In this document: positions 1-7,776 of the stretch, one piece after another
Position numbering within the stretch: the stretch's first letter is position 1
Layout: each line of letters opens with the position of its first letter
Source: Minisyncoccia bacterium
Lineage (GTDB): Bacteria > Patescibacteriota > Minisyncoccia > Phycocordibacterales > CALRBL01
Direction: 5' to 3'
NCBI GenBank assembly: GCA_038230075.1
Contig: JBBRNV010000005.1
Location: 14,071 to 78,070 of the forward strand
DNA length: 64,000 nucleotides
Program-made: the position numbers and the translations under genes
Notes under the pieces: model-generated
Database searches by the model: none
What the model was told of the DNA's origin: nothing
The model's input: only the letters and a program-made list of their open reading frames with translations

Positions 1-199
1 GCACCGCGAGCTCAAGCGGATTTTTCTTTTCTTTTTTCGCAAGCGAAAGTGCAACACTTGAGGCATAGTCTCCTTGTGCTCGGTTCGAAGGATGTTCAAG
101 ATGTATCTCTGATTTCTTCCCTTCAGCATTTTCAAAAGAAATACCAAGCGCACCAACTGCAGATGTAATAGAGTTTCGTATAATTTCAGCAATATTCAT
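1..199 (-). CDS. argS: Arginyl-tRNA synthetase, N-terminal part (runs off window start)
   Basis: Hand translation MNIAEIIRNSITSAVGALG...IHLEHPSNRAQGDYASSVALSLAKKEKKNPLELA matches the ArgRS N-terminal 'HP...GDY..vAl.LAK...NP..lA' pattern. Confidence 0.85.
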   Translation of the reverse strand, partial: MNIAEIIRNSITSAVGALGISFENAEGKKSEIHLEHPSNRAQGDYASSVALSLAKKEKKNPLELAV

Positions 200-287
200 G
201 CCGTTACTGTATCAAAATAGGCAGGAACACGAAAGCCCGTCGCGAATTGCACGACGGGCTCATTTCATTAAAAGACTTTATGGCGAT

Positions 288-539
288 TTAATCGACCATT
301 GGGGTCACAAGCATTTGCTTGGGAAGACTTGGATCGGGTGTAAGACAAGGAACTTCGGACATATCCTCACCTTCGATCTCCATCGAGGCGCGAATACCGT
401 TTTGAAGTGCCGCACTCACCTGAAGCGACAAGTTACGATGACCAATAATAAAAGAGAAGCCTTCTTCTCCACACGGGCCAGTGCCTAAGGTGACGAGATA
501 CTGTCCTTCTTTCTTTTTAACAGGGATTGGCATGAACAA
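288..539 (-). CDS. Small hypothetical protein
   Basis: 83-aa ORF filling the gap between tmk and argS; no recognisable motif. Confidence 0.35.
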   Translation of the reverse strand: MFMPIPVKKKEGQYLVTLGTGPCGEEGFSFIIGHRNLSLQVSAALQNGIRASMEIEGEDMSEVPCLTPDPSLPKQMLVTPMVD

Positions 540-702
540 TGGGAGTTTGGGTGTGCGGAAACCGTGCTCGGAAACCTAACACAACACTATCACAAGAGTG
601 TCAAACAGACAATTGAGTTTAAAAATAGTGAAAAGTGATAAAAACAAAACTCGGCCCCGCACCTTGTGGTGCGAAGGCCGGTTCGTGGGAGTCTGGCGGA
701 AC

Positions 703-1395
703 TTAGTTGAGCTTTGAAGCAACGAGGCTGTACACTTCCTGATGAATCTCTTCAATGAGTCGAGGCTGATTGTCACGATCACATGTAATAATTGGCCAAT
801 TATATTTACGCGCAACGTAATGATAAGCATCGAATGCTCGAAGAAGATGCGGAAGGTTTTCTTCGAGAAGGTCTCTACCTTTTCCTCCTGCGATTGCAAC
901 TTTGGTTTCAGCTTTCTTGCTGTCGACAAGCTGCTGACCAATGTCGGGTCGCATAGAGAGAAGAATAGTGACGTCAGGTCGAGGGATTCCCATGATTCCA
1001 AACTCGAGCTCATCAAGCCACGCAAGAAATTCATCTCGTTTGTCTTCAGAAACTTGAGCAGTCTGGTGACCCATGTTTGCAGATGCATATCTGTTGGCCA
1101 CAACATGGATTCCTTGACTGAGCCAGTTCCGAATTTCAAACGACGCCTCATACCGATCAAGAGCATAAAAGATGGAAGCACGTCTCGAATTAACTGATTC
1201 AAGATTGCCGTACTCACCTTTCAAATACCTTCGAACAAAGTATGAAGAATCTTCTCCATATCGAGGAAAATCTGCTGTCTTAACCTGGTGCCCTTCACTA
1301 ACGAGCCGTTTGATCAAAAGATCAACTTGAGTTCCTTTTCCAGACCCATCTGTCCCATCAATGACGATTAATTTACCTGGGAGTGGTGTGTTCAT
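703..1395 (-). CDS. tmk: Thymidylate kinase
   Basis: P-loop IDGTDGSGKGTQ, ALDR, NRY (DRY variant) and PD motifs of TMPK. Confidence 0.9.
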   Translation of the reverse strand: MNTPLPGKLIVIDGTDGSGKGTQVDLLIKRLVSEGHQVKTADFPRYGEDSSYFVRRYLKGEYGNLESVNSRRASIFYALDRYEASFEIRNWLSQGIHVVANRYASANMGHQTAQVSEDKRDEFLAWLDELEFGIMGIPRPDVTILLSMRPDIGQQLVDSKKAETKVAIAGGKGRDLLEENLPHLLRAFDAYHYVARKYNWPIITCDRDNQPRLIEEIHQEVYSLVASKLN

Positions 1396-1407
1396 AAGCC
1401 TCGAGTA

Positions 1408-2676
1408 CTATATCAGTTTTCGTAATGTTTCGTCTATTCGGTTGGCAATTTTTCGGAAATCAGCTTCTTTTTTGCCACGAGTGGTTTCTGCGGCAGTTCC
1501 TAATCGAATTCCTGATGGATCAACTGGTGAGCGAGTTTCTCCAGGAATAGTATTTTTGTTCACAATGATTCCAACAGCTTCTAATGCATCACTCGCATTC
1601 TTTCCAGGAACTCCTCCAACTTTTATCTGATCGTTTTTCTTTGTCTTACTATTTTTTCGAGATACGATCTTTCCTCCATTCATCCATGTATCAACCAAAA
1701 CCATATGACTATCAGTTCCTCCAGAAATAATATGCCAGCCGAGCTTTTTTAATTCATCAGCAAGTGCGAGTGCATTTTTTAAAATTTGTTTTGCATATGT
1801 TTTAAATGCAGGCTGTGCTGCTTCTTGAAGCGCAACAGCAACGGCTGCAATTTGATTCATATGTGGCCCTCCTTGAAGACCCGGAAACACTGTTCGATCA
1901 ATTTTCTTTGGAAATTCTCGCTCATCAACTTTTGAAAAAATGAGAGCAGAGCGTGGACCACGAAGTGTTTTATGAGTGGTAGTTGTTACAATGTCTGCAT
2001 ATTGAAACGGTGCAGGATATGCTTTTCCAGCAACAAGCCCAGCAATGTGTGACATATCTACCATGAGAATTGCTCCACACGCGTCGGCGATTTCTCGAAA
2101 CTTTTTCCAATCTACTTTTCGAGGATATGCGGTGAATCCTGCGACAATAATATTCGGTCGTTCAGTGAAAGCCTGCTTCTTTAATTTGTCATAGTTAATA
2201 GTGTGCGTAACTGGATCAACTCCGAACGCAACTTGTTTCCAGAACTTTCCTGTGGCCGATGCTTTATGACCATGTGTTAAATGTCCTCCATGATCGAGTG
2301 ACATTCCCATAATTTTTCCCGCTTCGATTTTATTTCCTTCTTTATCAGTATGAGCATATGGAATAAGCGCTGCGTACACCGAAAAATTTGCGGGTGAACC
2401 CGAAAGAGTCTGAACATTAACTGCCCACTTACTTGGAGAAAGACCAAATAATTTTAGCGCTCGCTTTTGAGCAAGTAATTCAACTTCATCAACAACGATG
2501 TTTCCGCCATAGTATCGCTTCCCCGCATATCCTTCTGCATACTTATTGGTTAATTCTGTTCCAAGTGTATCGAGCACATCTTGTGATACATAGTTTTCAG
2601 AGGCGATGAGGTTAATAACTTTTTTCTGTCGAATTTGCTCATTCTTAATCAGTTTTTCTATTTCTTTGTCTTTCAT
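1408..2676 (-). CDS. glyA: Serine hydroxymethyltransferase
   Basis: LIASENY, NKYAEGY, GGHLTHG, TTTTHKTLRGPR (PLP Lys), SGIRLGT. Confidence 0.97.
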   Translation of the reverse strand: MKDKEIEKLIKNEQIRQKKVINLIASENYVSQDVLDTLGTELTNKYAEGYAGKRYYGGNIVVDEVELLAQKRALKLFGLSPSKWAVNVQTLSGSPANFSVYAALIPYAHTDKEGNKIEAGKIMGMSLDHGGHLTHGHKASATGKFWKQVAFGVDPVTHTINYDKLKKQAFTERPNIIVAGFTAYPRKVDWKKFREIADACGAILMVDMSHIAGLVAGKAYPAPFQYADIVTTTTHKTLRGPRSALIFSKVDEREFPKKIDRTVFPGLQGGPHMNQIAAVAVALQEAAQPAFKTYAKQILKNALALADELKKLGWHIISGGTDSHMVLVDTWMNGGKIVSRKNSKTKKNDQIKVGGVPGKNASDALEAVGIIVNKNTIPGETRSPVDPSGIRLGTAAETTRGKKEADFRKIANRIDETLRKLI

Positions 2677-2756
2677 GGGGTGTGGTTAAATGTAATAAAA
2701 ATAATAAAGAGTCAGTGGTAATCTTTTTATTTTTATATCGTTAGATCATAGTATTT

Positions 2757-3281
2757 TTAAATGCTGTCAGCTAAAAACTGCTTTCCTAAAATGTGCGATT
2801 TCGATGAAGGATTGAAAAGTAGTTCACTTCCTTCTAATAGATAGACGTCTTTGATTCCTCCTTTAATCATAGCATTCCAACAAGATTCGCAACACCACCA
2901 ATGACCCCAATGATAAAGGTCGGCACCTTGGGTATCGAATCCATTCTTTTGTGCATCTACTACTCCTCGAGGCTCAGAGTGGTTGGCATAACTGGCACAC
3001 CCTGGGCAAAGCCAATATTTTGTTCCAGATGCGACCTTAAAGAACTTACGAACACACCATCCTTCTTGATGAAGCTTTCGAAGAGTGGGGTTCTTTAGGG
3101 GGGCTTGGCTGGCTCCTCGACCAATCACCTTACCGTCTTTAACCAACACAACACTTGTTGGTTGCATAGTCTCACTTGAGAGCTTTCCTACCTCTCTCGC
3201 TTCATGCATAAACGGGTTATCAAGCGTCACGTAGATGAACTTTCTTCCTTCTGGTAGATAGGGGTACTTAATTTGTGTCAT
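2757..3281 (-). CDS. Zinc-dependent dCMP/cytidine deaminase-family protein
   Basis: HSE motif plus GADLY...WWCCESC (PCxxC variant) and GIKDV; divergent from the thyA-like gene. Confidence 0.8.
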   Translation of the reverse strand: MTQIKYPYLPEGRKFIYVTLDNPFMHEAREVGKLSSETMQPTSVVLVKDGKVIGRGASQAPLKNPTLRKLHQEGWCVRKFFKVASGTKYWLCPGCASYANHSEPRGVVDAQKNGFDTQGADLYHWGHWWCCESCWNAMIKGGIKDVYLLEGSELLFNPSSKSHILGKQFLADSI

Positions 3282-3332
3282 AGTAAGTAACTTGTTTGCA
3301 TGCTATCACGCGCATACTATAATGTTAATAAT

Positions 3333-4169
3333 ATGAATACATTCGACCACATCTATCAGGAGATGCTCAAGAAGATTATGGCAGAAGGTATTCGCGAAAT
3401 GAGCGAAAGAACCGGCCTTGAAACTGCTGCAATTCCTGGGATGACATTTTCATATGATCCAATTAAAGATGGCTTCCCTCTTCTCACGCTTCGAAAAATT
3501 CCTGTGAAAGTTTTTATCGCAGAGCAAGCATGGTTTATTTTAGGATGCAGAAAGCCTGAAGATTTTTTACGAGACTACACAAAAATTTGGGATGTATTCA
3601 CTAATCCAAACGATGTAGTTACTGTTGCGTACGGATACCGATGGCGAAAACATTTCGGACGAGATCAGCTCGCTCTTTTAATTGAACTTCTAGAAAAAGA
3701 ACCGAGCTCTCGACATGGAGTTGTTGTTGCATGGGATCCAGCACAAGACGGTCTTTCACTTCAGAAAAAGAAAAATGTTCCTTGTCCCTATACCTTTACT
3801 GTAAATATTATTGGTGGAAAGTTACATATGCATAATGTGGTTCGATCAAATGATATGGTTTTAGGATTCCCTCACGATGTCGCAGGCTTTTGTCTTCTTC
3901 AATATATTTTGGCTCAACGACTACACGTTGGAGTTGGGATTTACACTCACACCATTTCAAATGCTCATATTTATAGTAATCACTACGAAGGGGCACAAGA
4001 AATGATTAAACGAGAAAATAGTCATAAACCAATCACTCTTACCCTTCCTGAAAAAACATTTGAACGAATTGAGGCTCGAGAGATTCCAGTCATTGAAGAA
4101 ATCATGGCACAAGTTGCAGGTCAATATCAGCCACAAGCAGCCATTCCTAATTTAAAAATAGCCATTTAA
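3333..4169 (+). CDS. thyA: Thymidylate synthase-family enzyme with Asp at the Asn177-equivalent position (possible dCMP methylase)
   Basis: RTG, GFPLLT, E..W, YGYRWR, SRH, PC, RSND..LGFPHD, AHIY; start placed at MNTF downstream of TATAAT. Confidence 0.85.
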   Translation: MNTFDHIYQEMLKKIMAEGIREMSERTGLETAAIPGMTFSYDPIKDGFPLLTLRKIPVKVFIAEQAWFILGCRKPEDFLRDYTKIWDVFTNPNDVVTVAYGYRWRKHFGRDQLALLIELLEKEPSSRHGVVVAWDPAQDGLSLQKKKNVPCPYTFTVNIIGGKLHMHNVVRSNDMVLGFPHDVAGFCLLQYILAQRLHVGVGIYTHTISNAHIYSNHYEGAQEMIKRENSHKPITLTLPEKTFERIEAREIPVIEEIMAQVAGQYQPQAAIPNLKIAI

Positions 4170-4173
4170 TATC

Positions 4174-4821
4174 ATGTCAATTCTTACCAAGAAAAATTTA
4201 CTTGAACGATTAGCAAGTGGAAATGTCACCTTTAAACCACAACTCGATACATTTCAAATTCAGTCGCACGCAATCGACCTTCGTCTTGGTTTTACATTTC
4301 TTATTCCAAAAATGTGGCAGATAACAAAACATGGTCGTGAGGCTTTGAATATTGATCATTTTGATAAAAATCGACCACCATATTTTGAAACTGTTGAGCT
4401 TGAACAAGGACAACATTTTGATCTTCTTCCGGGAGAATATGTACTTGTATCAACACTCGAATCAATGAAAGTTCCTAATGACTTAATGGCAATTCTTTTC
4501 CCCCGATCTTCAACCAATCGAAAAGGGTTATCTGTTGATCTTACAGGAATTGTTGATTCAGGATATGAAGGGCAACTGGCTATCCCCGTTCGAAACAACA
4601 CAGCGCATCAAACAGTGCGACTTTATCCAGGTGAAAGATTCTGCCAAGTTGTATTTGAAAAACTAGATGAAGAAATTGATGTTGAACACAGTCGCTACCA
4701 TCGAAAAGATATTATCGACGGTTTTGTACGAAATAAAAAAGCGACCCCAGATGATGAAAAAGAAATTGAGCTTTTGTTACAAGGTGATATCAAGGCGCTG
4801 AAAGAACAATTTAAAATCTAG
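4174..4821 (+). CDS. dCTP deaminase/dUTPase superfamily protein (deaminase Glu apparently absent)
   Basis: IDLRLG, RSSTNRKGL, GIVDSGYEG, LYPGERFCQ; LAIP where Dcd has (I/L)xLE. Confidence 0.85.
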   Translation: MSILTKKNLLERLASGNVTFKPQLDTFQIQSHAIDLRLGFTFLIPKMWQITKHGREALNIDHFDKNRPPYFETVELEQGQHFDLLPGEYVLVSTLESMKVPNDLMAILFPRSSTNRKGLSVDLTGIVDSGYEGQLAIPVRNNTAHQTVRLYPGERFCQVVFEKLDEEIDVEHSRYHRKDIIDGFVRNKKATPDDEKEIELLLQGDIKALKEQFKI

Positions 4822-4827
4822 TTTCAC

Positions 4828-5316
4828 ATGATCAATCTCATAGCAGCTATTCAAAAAAGTGATCGAGGTCTCGGATATAAAAACGAACTTTTATACAGAG
4901 TATCTGACGACTTAAAACGATTCAAAGAAATGACAACGGGTCACCCAATCATCATGGGACGAAAAACATTTGAATCAATCGGACGGGCACTTCCTAATCG
5001 TACGAACATCGTGATCACTTCACAAAAAATTGATGTTCCCGGAATTATCACTGTTCTATCTGATCAAGAAGCTTTTAATATTGCAAAGAAATCTGAAGGA
5101 TCTAATCAAATATTTATTATAGGAGGTGCACGAGTATATGAGGCATTCATGACAGTTGCCGATCAACTTTTTATAACAATTATTGAAGGAAATAAAACTG
5201 CTGATGTATTTTTTCCTACATTTGAACAAGACTTCAAAGAAATATCACGAGAAAAGCACGTAGACGCAAACACTTCGACTCCTTATTCATACGTTACCTT
5301 AGTTAAGAACTCTTAA
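4828..5316 (+). CDS. folA: Dihydrofolate reductase
   Basis: DLKRFK, IMGRKTFESIGRALPNR, IIGGARVY, DVFFP. Confidence 0.95.
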   Translation: MINLIAAIQKSDRGLGYKNELLYRVSDDLKRFKEMTTGHPIIMGRKTFESIGRALPNRTNIVITSQKIDVPGIITVLSDQEAFNIAKKSEGSNQIFIIGGARVYEAFMTVADQLFITIIEGNKTADVFFPTFEQDFKEISREKHVDANTSTPYSYVTLVKNS

Positions 5317-5409
5317 ATCAACAGGAAAGATGTGGTTGAAAAGGACACAAAATTGAGTTAGTCTTGCCGTAGGTTTCGAGCAATTCCGCTCGTATGTACC
5401 CCCATTTCA

Positions 5410-6231
5410 ATGAACGACTACTCTGCAGCAAGAATTCTCGCAGCAACCCAAGAACTTGATGCGGCAGCCCTCGCAGGACCAGCACCAATGACCCGTCAAA
5501 TTCCTCAAGAGCCAAAGATGACTATCTTCGCACAACAAAATGCGTGGACGCTCCTCGACCAAACGGGATCCCTCGTTCTGCATTGGAAAGGTCATCGCGA
5601 AAAAAATCCAAACGTCAGACAAGTCTCGGTCACTGACCACATGATCAGTTCTTCGTTTATTGTCACGCAAGTCATCTTGCAACTACGTACGCTTTTCCAA
5701 GCGAACAAAGTAACACATTACGTCGACTGGTTTCGTTTGATGATGGCTTGGCAAATTCACGACCTGGCCGAAATTATCTTGAAAGGCGACGTGGATTATG
5801 CCCGAAAGAATGTCGAGCGCGACGCGGTAGAGTTTACCGCCTTCGTACCTTGGCTTCGAAAGGCCTGTATTCATGAGACAGTGATCGAACAATTCGAAGA
5901 AGCTTTTCTGCTACAGTTCGCGCTCAAACAGGAACACTTCTCTTCGTTTAACGCTCGGGGACGACAAATCCTCAGTCGACTTAACGAAGAAAGTATCTTG
6001 GAGGCAACGATCTTTTCGGCAGCCGAGGCACTTGAATGCTTCTTCTACGCTCTCGAATGTTTGCGAATCCACCACGTGAAGGGTCCTCTTTACCAAGTAG
6101 CCAAGGATCAACAGCCGAGGCTCGAGGTTTTTTCGAAGACCATCCCCCACTTCGACACCGTGTGGACACCAAAACTTAATGATTGGGCCAAAGAAGTTGC
6201 TGCAATCGGTGTGGCACAACCCCAAACATGA
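5410..6231 (+). CDS. HD-domain protein (YfbR/HDDC2-like, divergent)
   Basis: RQVSVTDH ~ RxESVAEH; HDLAE...GD; AAEALE ~ ADKLE. Confidence 0.6.
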   Translation: MNDYSAARILAATQELDAAALAGPAPMTRQIPQEPKMTIFAQQNAWTLLDQTGSLVLHWKGHREKNPNVRQVSVTDHMISSSFIVTQVILQLRTLFQANKVTHYVDWFRLMMAWQIHDLAEIILKGDVDYARKNVERDAVEFTAFVPWLRKACIHETVIEQFEEAFLLQFALKQEHFSSFNARGRQILSRLNEESILEATIFSAAEALECFFYALECLRIHHVKGPLYQVAKDQQPRLEVFSKTIPHFDTVWTPKLNDWAKEVAAIGVAQPQT

Positions 6232-6313
6232 CTGTTAGGATCCAAAAGAAACAAAGGCGTCGTCGCTCTCACCGAGCCTCGGCGTCCTTTCTTTTTTCAA
6301 CCACAAGCGTGAT

Positions 6314-6404
6314 TTAAATAATAAATACAAAAAGAGTTTCTTCAACGTCCTCACCCTTACGGGCTGCGAATGTTTCAGAAACTCTTTTTGTATTTATTAT
6401 TTAA
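6314..6404. terminator. 28-bp perfect inverted repeat between convergent genes (likely bidirectional terminator)
   Basis: ttaaataataaatacaaaaagagtttct (6314-6341) / agaaactctttttgtatttattatttaa (6377-6404). Confidence 0.7.
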
Positions 6405-6822
6405 CCACATCAACACCCATTGATCGACACGTACCTCGAATCATTTGCATTGCAGCTTCAAGAGAGGTTGCATTCATTTCAGCAATCTTCTTTTCTGCAA
6501 TTTCTTTGACCTGAGCTTCAGTGATTTTTCCAATTTTCTTTGCACCAGTTGTACCTGATCCTTTTTCAAGACCAGCTGCTTTCAAAATCATTTGAGAAGC
6601 GGGGGCAGTCTTAAGAATGAAATCAAATGTTCGGTCATCAAATACTGACATAAGTACCGGAACAATTTCTCCCATTCGATCTCGTGTTGCATCGTTAAAC
6701 CGCTTTACGAAATCACCAATGTTAACACCAGCGGGACCAAGCGCAGTACCAACAGGAGGAGCTGGAGTAGCCTTTCCACCTGGAATTTGGAGCTTAATTA
6801 CTTTTGTGACTTTCTTTGCCAT
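6397..6822 (-). CDS. rplK: 50S ribosomal protein L11
   Basis: KLQIPGGKATPAPPVGTALG, GTCRSMG. Confidence 0.97.
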   Translation of the reverse strand: MAKKVTKVIKLQIPGGKATPAPPVGTALGPAGVNIGDFVKRFNDATRDRMGEIVPVLMSVFDDRTFDFILKTAPASQMILKAAGLEKGSGTTGAKKIGKITEAQVKEIAEKKIAEMNATSLEAAMQMIRGTCRSMGVDVVK

Positions 6823-6924
6823 ATAAATTTCTTAATTATTACGAATTGAAGCGCGTAACAGTTTTGTTAAAATACCTTAAAATGCAGATTTTTGCAATAA
6901 AAAGCTTGAAAAATGGCTTACTTA

Positions 6925-7470
6925 CTAGATTTTCTTGATCTGCAAAAAATCAAGTTCAACAGGAGTCTCTCGTCCGAACATTGAAACTAACACTTTCACC
7001 TTTCCTCGATCTGTATCAACTTCACTCACCTTTCCTTCAAGATCTTTGAATGGTCCGTCAGCAATAATGATTGCATCACCTGGAACAAGGTCGATAGTAT
7101 GCTTCACTGTTTCTGAACCCATTCGTCGGAAGAGTTCTTCGACTTCTTTTTTGTCTAATGGAACTGGTGTTACTCCTGATCCAACGAATCCTGTAACACG
7201 AGGAGTATTTCGAACGACATACCATGAGTCGTCAGTTACCACCATGTCTACAAGAATGTATCCGGGATAAATTTTTTCTTCTTCTTCTACTCTCTTCCCT
7301 GCTTTGATTTTAATTTTCTTTTCAGTTGGAACGATAACATTGAAAATTCGATCTTCCATTCCAAGAGATTCGATTCGCTGTTTTAAATTTCGAAGTACAG
7401 CGTTTTCATAGCCGGCATACGTGTGAATGGCGTACCAATTTCGATCTGCAATTTGTTGCTTTTGTGACAT
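6925..7470 (-). CDS. nusG: Transcription termination/antitermination factor NusG
   Basis: WYAIHTYAGYE, YPGYILV, VTGFVG, KOW GPF, FGRETPVEL. Confidence 0.97.
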   Translation of the reverse strand: MSQKQQIADRNWYAIHTYAGYENAVLRNLKQRIESLGMEDRIFNVIVPTEKKIKIKAGKRVEEEEKIYPGYILVDMVVTDDSWYVVRNTPRVTGFVGSGVTPVPLDKKEVEELFRRMGSETVKHTIDLVPGDAIIIADGPFKDLEGKVSEVDTDRGKVKVLVSMFGRETPVELDFLQIKKI

Positions 7471-7502
7471 ATAGAACGATTAAGTAAGTGAATAAAGAAC
7501 TG

Positions 7503-7682
7503 TTATGAAATAATCTTTTTGATACCAATTGAGAATAGATAGTCGAAAAGTCCGAGGAATAATGAGACTCCAACACATACGATAATAATAATAAGTGTAT
7601 AGAAAATAGCCTGCTGACGTGTTGGCCAGTTAACATGCTTCATCTCAGCTTGTGTGTCTTTAAAATATTGAATAAGTCCCAT
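7503..7682 (-). CDS. secE: Preprotein translocase subunit SecE (absent from the ORF track)
   Basis: Hand translation MGLIQYFKDTQAEMKHVNWPTRQQAIFYTLIIIIVCVGVSLFLGLFDYLFSIGIKKIIS; E.K.V.WP motif; directly upstream of nusG. Confidence 0.93.
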   Translation of the reverse strand: MGLIQYFKDTQAEMKHVNWPTRQQAIFYTLIIIIVCVGVSLFLGLFDYLFSIGIKKIIS

Positions 7683-7704
7683 GGTATGTAATTAAGTCTA
7701 TAGT

Positions 7705-7724
7705 AAAAAACCCCTCGGAGGGGC
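7705..7724 (-). terminator. Intrinsic terminator after giant fibre gene
   Basis: Minus strand gcccctccgagggg followed by T6. Confidence 0.6.
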
Positions 7725-7776
7725 ATTTGTATAGTACGCTTTGATTATCGCACTGTCAAATAAGCCCTTGTTTGTA

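Noticed and set aside
576-1630. Overlapping ORFs 576-1217, 742-1197, 1361-1630 and similar shadow ORFs throughout
   Set aside because: Alternative-frame or antisense shadows of well-supported genes
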